From NCBI RefSeq assembly GCF_035084215.1, contig NW_027139559.1, positions 744,001 to 808,000 of the forward strand: a DNA stretch of 64,000 bases, read 5' to 3'. Positions 25,516 to 37,500 of the stretch are shown here, piece after piece. The DNA is from Heptranchias perlo (taxonomy: Eukaryota). The notes under the pieces are model-generated. The model was not told the DNA's origin and did not search any database. It worked only from the letters and a program-made list of their open reading frames with translations. The position numbers and the translations under genes were made by a program. Numbering within the stretch: position 1 is the first letter of the stretch; the number at the start of each line of letters is the position of its first letter.

Positions 25516-28147
25516 CCGATAATGCTGTAATAGCAGAAATTAGTCACTAGGTGGTGTGTAATTCCTTCACACAAAATGAAGTTTCTTGACACGAACACAT
25601 CAATAACCAAGGATGCACAAATTGAGTTCAGGTGACAGAACAACACCACCATTTCCACTGGGAATTCAGTTCGTTTCCATTAAGTTCGTAACTTTTTTTA
25701 AAAATGCTTGTGTTAAAATTGTGTTGTCGTATAACAGCTTAAGATGTTCGCCTCAATTCCCTTTCCGCATTAATTTATTGTTGTGTCAATCCTTTCATTC
25801 GATACAGGTACTTTAAACCCATTCAAAATGGCGCAGGAACTACTCAGTGTGAATTGCCAGTGCGTTATTTCAGATTAGCGAAGGCCCAGGTTGGTGAAAC
25901 CGGGCACAGGTCAATTTGTTCCGATGATAACATCAATCGGCAGCATGTTTCAGTGGATTCTGTTTTCCTGTTCCTTGAATTGAATTACATTCCCTTCACG
26001 CTATCAGACTTAATTTTACACGTTTGTTCAGTTTCCTGGACCTTGATTTATTCTGCAGGACAATAACTTCCCGGTGATTTCTCAGTGGGTTTGAAATTCC
26101 AATTTTAGATCACATGTTAACTTATTTATTTTTAACAGGGCAGTGCCTCCGTCAACATAGCGCCCACGCATGTCTCATCCAAAATGGTGAAGACACTGCG
26201 CAGGAAATTTCCGAGGTTCCGCCAAAGTTACGCTGATGAAGCGGGAGAAACTCTGAGGAAATTCCAATTTCGGTGAGGTAATGATTGAAATTTTAGCCAC
26301 AATCTACTGTACAGTATATCCTAAAAATGCATAATATGTTTAAATAAATCTACTGTATAGTATATGCTAAAAATGGATAATATGTTTGTATAAATGTGTT
26401 AACGCCTGCCTTCAAAGAGGGGAAAAGGAGCATAATGGGAAGGTAAGAAGCATCAGTCCATGAATACCGAGTAATGTTTTAGATGTTTAGTCCTTCTTTT
26501 TATTTTAACGAAGTGTAAGTGGAAATTGCCGATTGTGATATTAGTGCAGTTTTACTTTGGTGAGACATCCTTTGAATATTGTTTCAATGGAGGCATAACT
26601 GGTGTAAATTGCACAGTTTAGAGTTTCAATTAATAAAAGAGGAGAGCAACAGAAAGGCGGAATATGGCTCGTGGAATATCGCGAACAGCAATTTCCAGCC
26701 TTCAGTTCCCCACAGTTTGCCACAGAACCGATTCATTCAATTTAGCTGCATGGATTGAAAGCGTCATTTCAGTTAATTCATTGTTGGATTTCTGTGCTAT
26801 GAAAGAATGAATCAATTTATAAACATAATTACTAGAACTTGGTGCTGAGACTGAAAACTCTTTCCTTAGAATATATGAATCTTATTGTAACAATTATTAT
26901 ACCGCTTAATAATTGGATTGGACTGACTGTCCGGGTTATTTCCCATGTTTCAGGAACACACCCTCCAGTTGCTCCGATCCATTAAATATCTGTCGTAAAT
27001 TAATGGAATCGGAAACACACGTCGCTCGACTGAATTTAATCCCTAGATTATTTTAGTTGTTCAAGATATATCTTTTATGATGCTTATGGATGAGTTTTAC
27101 TAACTCACTCATTGGAACAAGCTGAAAGGTGAATAAAAATGTGTATAAATGTATACAAGAAATAAGTGTTAGATTTAAACCCACAACTTTCATTAAAACA
27201 ATACCTTCAATAACAACATGGAGCAGATGGTATTTATTTTATTCCAAACCTTTGTTTTGACAGAATCTAAAAGTAACATCCTGAAAGTAATTAAACAGCA
27301 ATCACATTTCAAACAAAGCTGAGCACAAAATCTTTTGATGAGAACATTTCGTTTCCAGCCGATTAGGAGTTGGACAGAATTCCCTGTTTTTTTCTGAGAC
27401 TTTATTTAGGCAAATCACTGCAAGCACAGTCATGTCAGGTAAAGGGTATTAGGGATATGGAGCAAAGAAGGGAATATGCAGTTGAGGTACAGGTCAACAA
27501 TGATTTTCGGAGCAGGCGCGAGGGGTTGGATGGCCTGTTCCTGATCATAATATCCATGTATCATATCAAAAACAAAATCCATCCTAATATCACAGTGTCA
27601 CTCATTTTAGAATTTAATTGATGATAACGTCTATATCCAGGGTTTGTTGCTGCAATTAGATACAAGGGGGGAATCCATCGTCTAGCTATAGGAAGTGACG
27701 CTGTACAGGCTCTGATGTAAGTTATTTCTCCTCAGTATTTCTTGGCAAATGGTTAACGGGCACTTTGAAAATATGTTAACGAATTTGCCAGAAATAGGGC
27801 CTCAGAGAAATTGATTTGAAACCACCCATGATCTCACTGCAACGAATTTCTAGGGGAATTCTTACCCGTGGGTTGAAACAAGGCGTCTGACTTCCAACAG
27901 TTTTCTGGATATAAGTGTCGATAATCAGCATTCATTAATTTCCAATGGATTTCTGCAAGGTGTCAAGCCCTCAGACTGGGTCATATATCAATTCGTGCCT
28001 TAACCGCAGTATATTGGTAAAGAAAGATACACCTATGTGCTCCTCTGGGCGTTATAGGTAATGCTTAATAAGTCTGAAGGTCACCTGGTTCTGTGCTATT
28101 GAAAATTAGGCGAGGGCGCCACTCATTAATGCCATAAAAATTGAGCC

Positions 28148-28153
28148 TTTATT
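28148..28153 (-). terminator. Candidate polyA signal AATAAA for membrane IgNAR mRNA
   Basis: AATAAA ~410 nt after the TM2 stop; alternatives are ATTAAA at 28340-28345 and AATAAA at ~27233-27243. Confidence 0.45.
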
Positions 28154-28564
28154 CAAGGTGCAGCATTTGAATGCAATATTACATTGATTGATGCAATATT
28201 CATTCAGTTGCAGTAAATTCCAACCTGTCCCTCCTGGATATTCAATTATTTCTCCTCAGCTTATTGTAATTGATTCTGTGCAATTTTCCCAGTTCACTGG
28301 CTTACTACAGTTATGCGGAATTCTATTGAACGCTGGCACTTTAATAAAACAAGAATAAAAAATGAGCTCACGAAAGAAAATCAGGCAAATAGTTATTATG
28401 GTTTGGGTGAGTTTATCTCTGAATACGAGATGAAGTGGTGCAGGGCACCAGTCGATAACGGTGAGGGAGTGAGGCAATCCAGTCCCGTCTGTGGTCGGCA
28501 ACCGATGGACGTTCCCAAACAAGCCTGGAATATAAATCGGAAGTACCTTCTGGCCAACTGGCCG

Positions 28565-28573
28565 TTAGTTCAC
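28565..28573 (-). CDS. IgNAR: IgNAR TM2 exon coding part (GTG AAC TAA = VN*)
   Basis: Strong acceptor tatttcttttcactgcag|GTGAACTAA giving cytoplasmic tail K-V-N; followed by non-repetitive UTR-like sequence and AATAAA. Confidence 0.8.
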   Translation of the reverse strand: MN

Positions 28574-31500
28574 CTGCAGTGAAAAGAAATAGTATGAAAC
28601 CCAGTGAATAACAGAGTGAGGAAGTGACGTGTGACCACACTGAATAGTCAAAAGCGTAGGACAAAAAGCAGAATTATTGACGAATTGTTATGGAATGCGA
28701 GGGGGTTTCTGGGATTCGAGTGTCATTGTCCACAAATGAATGTCCATAACCCTAACTCTAGAGAGCCTCGCTAGTCGCGTGTCTCCGTGAGTCTATAAAT
28801 GATAAGAGAATCATTTGTTATCCAATGTTATTAATACGGCAATAATTACATCATTTCTGGAAAAATGTGACGATCCATGTGAATTGTCGCTAGGCTCCAG
28901 CAAACCTAGGATAGCCTCTTGTAAGTTTCCAATGAACTGAACATGATATTCCAAATGATTGGCGGTTTCTCTAGCTTGCTGTTATATTCTAGACTGCTTG
29001 AGCTGAAACCCAGCATCCCATTAGTACTTTTGAACGCCCGCTAGATTTCAGTGAGATACGGATATGAACAACGGCATTTCGTGTTCGTGTACATCTCCTC
29101 AGAACTTCGCCATTTCCATATTATTCCCATCTACCATTCTTATACGTGAAATGGACAACGTCATTTGTTGTTTCAGTGAACTGGACCTGTCAACCATCTG
29201 CCCACACGCTTAATGCAGCTATCTTCTTTTGTAATTTTCTGGTCCGTTCACAGTTCATTGTACTTCGTTGATTAGTATTAGCAGTAATCTTGTATATACT
29301 CCCCTCTGCTCCTGAGCCATTGGTGAAGTGTTTGAGTTATAAATCTGACATGGTTAGGAACTGTATTCATTCCCCATTTTAATGTAATGCAACGTGTCCC
29401 ATGTTCCAGATAATACGCTGATTTTACGTTGTTTCTCTTAAAGCTAAATAGCAAAATTTACATCACTGTCAGAAGCAGAAAAGTGCAGTAGGTTGGAGTA
29501 TAGAACTTTCGCAGTAATTCAATCAGAATAGATGGGAGACGCGAGATAGCACTTCAGCGCTATTACTGGTTGGGATGTGTAATTGAAGTGTGATAAGTGT
29601 CGGTTGACAAATACTTGCAAATGTGGTGATCGGAATTTATAATGTAATTGGAAAAATAAGGTAGAATGTATGACTTTGGAATGTGAAGTGAATTAAACCT
29701 GCACACCTGTTCAATTATCCTCAGCTCTCTATCACTGAGGCAGAACTTGCTCTCGACCGTCCCAGTGCAATGCCAAGGGAATTCCATGTGTGTGCATGAG
29801 AGCAGTAGACTTAGATAGATAGCGAGATGGATAGATTTCTTGATAGGCCGACAGACAGACAGAAAGACAGACAGACAGGAATGGAGAGCGAGAGAAACTG
29901 CAAGGATTCATTCACTTTCAAGGCGTAATTGTTTAGAATTTGATGGCGAGCAGGTTTTAATTTCAGACACATTCGATGCCTCTATCTCTCGGTATACAGT
30001 AATCGCTCTGCGATGACATTGCATAAAGGAAGCTAAAACCAAATGTAATCTACGGGTTAAGCCTTTATTCATGAGGACGGGGATAATGGGGAAAAGCGCA
30101 CAAATATATTTTATTTTCCATTTTAAAGTCATGTAGTCGGCCCTTGTATTTATATAATACTTTGATTTTATATTACTGTTAATAGTTCAATCGAAAATAA
30201 ACTAAACAATTTAGGAAGCAGAGACCGAGCGTTGGTTGGAGTTTATCTGCAGTACAGGCTGAGTATCCGGGAGAGGCAATGCTGAGCTGCTTTCGATCCA
30301 ACGATAACTGGAGGATGTCATTATAGCGTATCAAGTTTACATATGCTGTTGCCATTATTCATGTGGGCATAGATATTTATATTTTTAAAATAGTTCACAC
30401 AGGAACTGCTTACAATCAAAAGGTTTCAATATATTAAATATTAAACAGTAAAAACCGTCTGCCCACACTGGAGTGCTGGTGGTCGGATTCCAGCAGATTC
30501 CCCGGAGATGGCACTCGTCACATTCCACCAATCTGGAAATTGGTTTGATTTGTAGGAGTAAGAAATGTTCTTATTTATCCCAGATTACGAACTCCAACAA
30601 ATAAAACCATTTTCCTATCCATCACATGAGGTTCTTTTCGTTTTCACTTGCCTTAATCTTTTCAGTAATCACTGTATGAAATATCAATTATTTTCCAGTG
30701 AAAATCCATATTTAGGACATTTACCAAGCTGACTCTATCGGCGACAGGAGTGGCCACAAAATCAAACTCTGTAAGGTTGGTTATATCAAACATTAGTGAT
30801 TCCTTAATCAGTTTATTCTTTCCAAGTGTTCAAATCCCTTAATAAAAAAAAATCTAATGGAAGAGGGATAATCCCGGCAACTGTCGGCCAGTCAGCCTAA
30901 CGTCGGTGATGGGGAAACTTTTAGAGACAATAATCCGGGATAAAATTAAGTTGGACTTGGAAAAGTAAAGGCTAATAAATGAAAGTCAACTCGGATCTGT
31001 TAAAGGAAAATCGTGTTTGACTAACTTGACTGAGTTAATTGATGAAGAAACGTGAAATGTTGATGAGGGAAGTGCGTTTGACGTTGTCTTTATGGACTTT
31101 CAAAAGGCATTTGATAAAGTACCACATAATAGGCTTGTTAGTAAAATTCAAGCCCATGTGATTAAAGGGACAGTGGTAGTGTGGATATGATATTTGCAAA
31201 GTAACAAATGGTAGAGAGTAGCGGTGAACGGTTGTTTTTCAGAAAGGAGGGAAGTATACACTGGTGTTCCCCAGGGGTCAGTATTAGAGCCACGGCTTTT
31301 TTTGATATATATTAATGACCTGGACTTGGGTATAGAGGGTATAATTACTAAATTTGCAGCAGAAACGAAACTGAAAAAAATGTAGTAAACAATGTGGAGG
31401 ATAGTAACAGACTTCAGAAGGATATGGACAGACTGGTGAAATGGGTAGACACAAAACAGATGAAATTTAACGGAGAAAAGTGTGAATGGATACATTTTGG

Positions 31501-34500
31501 TAGGAAAAATGAGGAGAGGCAAAATAAACTAAATGTGCACAGACACAAATCTTTGAAGGTGGCAGTACAAGTTGAGAAGGCTATTAAAAAAAACATGTGG
31601 GATCCTTGGCTTTATTAATCGAGGCAGAGAGTGCAAAAACAAGGAAGTTATACTAAACCTTTATAAAACACTGGTTGGGCCTCAGCTGGATAGTGTGTTC
31701 AATTCTGGGCGCCACACTTTAGGAAGGATGTCAAGGCCTTAGAGAGGGTGCAGGAGAGATTTACGAGAATTGTTCCAGGGATGAGGGACTTCAGTTATGT
31801 GGGGAAATTGGAGGAACCGCGGTATTTCTCGTTAGAACAGAGACAGTTAAGTGGAGATTTGATGGAGGTGTTCAAAATCATGAACGGTTTTGATAGAGTA
31901 AATAAGGAGAAACTGTTTCCAGTGGGAGGAGGGTCGGAAACCAGAGGACACAGATTTAAGGTGATTGGCAAAAATGCCAGAGGCAAAATGAGGGAACATT
32001 TTTTTACTCAGCGAGTTGATATGATCTAAAATGCACTGCCTGAAAGGGTGATGGAAGCAGATTCAATGGTAACTTTATGAAGGGAATTAGTTAAATACTT
32101 GAAGGGAAAAATGCAGGGCTATGGGGAAAGAACAGGAGAATGGGACTTATTGGATAGATCCTTTAGTCACGATGGGCCAAATGGCCTGCTGCTATGCTGT
32201 ACCTATTATAATACTATGATATGAAATTTTGCACTGCTGCAGTTAAGCTAACAGGCCCTTCGTTACTTTCCATTACCCCTTTTACTCATTGTGTAAAGTT
32301 TACTGTCTCTCTCTTCCATGTCATGACATCTGAATCCAGCGAGCCTTTGCAGGTTGTAATTAATGTATAGCTGGTTGACTTATCTATTTTATAAATTCAT
32401 TCAGATGAAATCCGACTTGTCTGGAAATTTTGAATAGTTTCAATTCCAGTAGTTTGTCCTTTGTTATGTTTTTTTGACATTGAAAAACAATTTCTTTGAA
32501 TACCATCCTTTCCAACCTATAGTGTTCCAGGTAGCTTTAGATATCGTTTGGTCCATTTAAATTGCGAAGATTGCTTAAAAATATTAATTTATTTGTTGAT
32601 TTTTCGTTTTCCTTATCCTCCACTGTTATCACCCCTCAATCTCTTTTGAAAGGAAATGAGAGCTCGTGGAATTGGAGAGAACCTATTGACACGGATAGGG
32701 AACTGGTTAGGAGGCAGGAGACACATCACAGGATATGACTCGTCGAGTCCCCCGGAGATGTGTTCTAGGTTCTCAGCTTTTCACTCCTTTTATAAATGAC
32801 TTAGATGAAGGAATAAAGAGGCGCATGTCCAAGTTTGTTGACGACCCCGTTAAGTGGCAGAGTAAATAATGAATTAAGGAGCAGAACGTTGCAAAGTGAC
32901 CTTCATGTGCTAAACTGTGGCCGATGGAGTTCAACATGGGGAAGTGAGAGGTTATCCACTTTGGACCAAAGGAAGATAGATCAGAATAATTTCTAAATGG
33001 TAAGAAGCTAGGAGCCGAGGAGGAGCAGGGAGATTTAGAGATCCAAGTACAGAAATCACTACAAGCTGGTGGATTGGTACACAGTATTATTAAAAAGGCT
33101 TTTGGACTGTTAGATTTTATCTCAAAGGAGCTGGAATACAATGGGATGAAAGTTATGCTACAGTAATATAAAGCTCTGGTTATACAGCACCTGGAGTATC
33201 GTGTTCAGTTCAAGGCACCGCAATTCAGGATGGATATATTGGCCTTGGAGGTGGTGCATCGCAGATTCACCAGAATGAATCCGGGGCTAAAATGGACAAT
33301 TCATGATGGCAGGGTGCATGGACAAAGCTTGTACAGAAGATTCAAGGGACATTTAATTCATGGTATGATAGCATCGTAGTATAGTACAGCACGGAAGTAG
33401 GGCATTAGGCCCATCGTGACTATGCCGGCTCTTTTAAAGACCGATCCAATAGGTCCCATTTCCCTGCTCTTTCCTCATAGTCCTGTATAATTGTTCCATT
33501 CAAGTATTTATCCAATGGAGTTTAGATACACATCGTCCATGATCTAATTCAATGGCATTCAGTTCTGGGCACCGCATCTCAGGAAGGATATTTTGGCCCT
33601 GGAAACGGTGCAACGCAGATTCACCAAAATGATATCGGGGGCTAAAGGGGGCAGTTCATTAGGACAGCTTGCATTTACTAGACTTGTATAGAAGATTAAG
33701 GGGGCATCGAATTCATGGTATCGAAGTATCATATCACAGTACAGCACGGGAGGAGGCCTTTCGGCCCGTCGTTCACCAGGCGCTATACAAATAGTCCCAC
33801 CTACCTGCTCTTTGCCCACAGCCCGGTACATTTTTTTCCTTCAAGTATTTATCCAATTCCCTTTGAAAGTTACCACTGAACCTGTTTCCACCACCCTTCC
33901 ATCAGTGCATTCCAGATCATTAAAACTCGCTGCATAAAAAAGTGTTTCTTCATGTCACGTGTGGCTCCTTTGCTGATCATCGTAAATCTGTGTCCTCTGG
34001 TTACCAACAATTCTGGAAACAGTTACCTTTATTTACTCTACCAAAACCGATCATGATTTTGAACACCTCTATCAAATCTCCCCTAAACCTTCTTTGTTCT
34101 AAAGGGAACAACCCCATCTTTTCCATTTGCTCCACAAAACTGAAGTCCATCATCCCTGGTACCATTCTAGTAAATCTCTTCTGCACCGCCTCTAAGGCCT
34201 CGACGTGATCCTAAGGTGTGATGTCCAGAATTCCACACAATACTCCAGCTGAAGCCTAACATGCGTTTTATGAACGTTTAGCATAATGTCTTTACTTTCG
34301 CACTACATTTCCGAGTTTCGTGTCATCTGCAATCTTTGAAATTGTACCCTATATACCCAGTTCCAGGTCATTAATATATATCGAAAAGAGCAGTGGTCCT
34401 AATACTGACCCCTGGGGAACACCACTCTGTCTGAAAAACGACCATTTACCACTACTCTCTGTTTTCTGTCCCTGTGCCAATTTTTACGTCCACGCTGCCA

Positions 34501-37500
34501 CTGCCCCTTCAAACCCATGGGATTTAATTTTGCCAACACGTCTATTGTGCGGTACTTTATCAAATGGCATTTGAAAGTCCATATACACAACGTCAACCGC
34601 ACTAACCTCATCAACCCTCTCCGCTACTTCAGGAAAGAACTCAATCAAATTAGTCAAACACGATTTGACTTTAATAAACGCCTGCTGACTTTCATTTATT
34701 AGCCCAAACTTTTCCAAATGCCATGGTTATTGTCTCTGAAATTATCCGCACTACCGACGTTTGTCTGACCAGCGTGTAATCGCCGGGTTTTTCTTTTTCC
34801 ATTTTTTTGTACAGGGGTTAACATTTGTAGTCCTTGAGCCCTCTGGCACCGTCTCCATATCTTGGGAGGATTGGATGATTGTGGTCAGAACCTCCGCAAT
34901 TTCCACTATTACTTCCCTCACTAATCTTGGATGGATCCCATCTTGTTCGGGTGACTGTTCTACTTTGAGGACTGCCAATCTTTTAAGTACCTCCTCTTTA
35001 TCTATTTTTATCCTATCCAATATCGCTACTACCTCCTCCTTTAACGCTGCAATGGCAGCATCCTCTTCTCTAATGAAGACGGATGCGAAGTATTCCTTTC
35101 GTACCTCTAGCGTTTTAGTGTTTAAGATGATTAAAGGATTGGAAAGCGTAGATAGAGAGAAACTACTTCCTCTGATGGGGGAGTCCAGAACAAGGGGGCA
35201 TGGTCTTCAAATTTGAGCTAATCCGTATATAGGTGATGTCAGGAAGCACTTCTTCACACAAAGGGCAGTGGAAATCTGGAACACTCTCCCCCAAAAAGGT
35301 ACTGAGGCTAACAAAATTGAAAATATCAAAACTGAGATTGATAGATTGTTGTTAGGTAAGGGTATTAAGGGATATGGAACCAAGGCGGGTAAATAGAGTT
35401 GAGATACAGTTCGTCCATGATCTCAGTGAATGGTGGAACTGGCTGGAGGGGCTGAATTGCCTACTCCTGTTCCTCTGTTCCTATGTAAGAACCCCATCTG
35501 CACTTCTTTCATTCTATTTCTTTTGATGCAACGATACAATATTTGATATTCTCCTTCATATCCCTTGGAATTGTTGTCTATCTGATGGTGCATTTCATAA
35601 TTTCATGATATCCTTTTATTTTTGATAATAGTTCTGGCTGTCAAACTTTCCATTGTCTTCGCCTTGACATAACCTTTCCCCTTTTGTTTAATTCTGGCTC
35701 TAACTATTCAATTTCACCATAATTACATCCTCCATTTACAATTTCCATTTCTGGGATTGTATTTTCTTTTGCTCGCTGATCACCTTCTTGAATCAATTGC
35801 ACTATTTGTCCATCGATTTACCGACTGAAATGTTATCCCATCCTTCCGCCGTCAATACTTTCCTTATATCTTCATAGTGAGGCAGGTTTAAGTGCTAAAT
35901 CACTGTTTGCTGATCTCCTTTCTCCCTCGCAAATTTGATGGTGACTTCAAGCACGTCACGCTCAGTCGTCCCAGGATGCTTCCTTATCAAGATATTGCTA
36001 ACTATTTTTGGATTATCACTCAGAAACATTCGATAAATCTCTTTCCTTTTTAGTGTGCTTCTAACCTTCCCCAATCTAGATATAAAGTAATACTTCCCAT
36101 TATTGGTATTTTCTTCTGCTGAAATGTCTCAATAATTGTCGTACACTTGCGTTCCTCTGTTGTTATCATATTCAGGAGGATTTATAAATGTGCTAGTTAA
36201 TCACTTGGGAACGAGTAATGAAGTCCAATCTAATACTGTTATGTTCATTGTGCTTGCATTAGATTATTTTGTTCATCATTTGTACCCAGGTTATGTCTAA
36301 GGTATGAACTCAGCTTTCTACTGAATTTACACAATGTCACTGTGCTATTGAAAGATGATATTACCTTAAGTACGGTTACAAATGTACTGTACAGCATACT
36401 GAGAATAAACAGAATCACGAAAGCGATCACTGTTGATGCCGTGCTGCCATCCTCATATAAGTTTTCTAATCCTTCTTCCTCTACCTCGGGGTCTTCTGGA
36501 TCGTCCTTTAATTGAGGGGTTTCTAGAACCAATAGATTGATATTGTTAGAAAGGTGGTCATGTTGAGAACAGATTAGATACAAAGGCGCTGCAATAGAAT
36601 GAAACCGGCAATCGTGAGGGATACGGCGTATTCGAATTTGAACTAACGGAACATAAGAATATAGTTAACACATTAACCAGCCCGATATCGATTACGGTGA
36701 TTTTCAGAATATTGGGGGATCGCTTATAGTGATAGTAGAGTTCAGATATTGTATATAAACGGAGGATTGATTTTACTCGGCAAATATATCCGTCCATTTT
36801 ACGTTTCAGCGAATAAAAAGCTTTACGATGCTGATAAGTGCTTTCCATTAAAATTAATTTCGCATTTGAAAGCTGATAACAACAAAATGAACGAAATTAT
36901 ATCTAAAAGAATGAAACTCGATGCCATTCTGAACAGAAGGTGATCTGATTATCGGACCAAATCTCTTGCGGCTCACAGAGAATGACATAAGAGATCGGCA
37001 GTAAAGCGGGGGCAGGGAAACACTGCGGGCTAAAGATTCAACTTTGACTGATCAGCGCACTTTATGTTCGACTGTCGAAACCTTTTGACATTTTATATCA
37101 AATGTTGCTTGCAGATACAGACACATTCTGAAATAGGACTATATATAACTATTTTACATTGTCATCTATACAGTGGCGTTAGAGCTGCATCATTGTCATT
37201 AGATTTAGTTGTAACTTACGGTGATGACGCTGACATACTGTTGGGTTTCGTATTCCTGACGTGATATATTTCTTCAGTAATTTTTTGTTTTTTCTATTAT
37301 TATTATCTCGTGCAATCTATAACACACCGCAGCGTATATTCCTGGATGGTGCCACTAATATTCCGTGATATAAACACGATATGTACGTTTACCCCGTACG
37401 TTTTGGCCATGAGAGTCAGAATTGAAAATGAAGTTAATAATTCATTTAAACTTCGGAATGTGTCACCACTGACAAATCTCGGATCATGTAGACTCTCAGG

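Noticed and set aside
21860-27880. Short degenerate hairpins (~21988-22020, ~26080-26270, ~27724-27811) as structured RNAs
   Set aside because: They look like remnants of old GC-rich MITEs; boundaries could not be defined and no RNA-family motif was seen.
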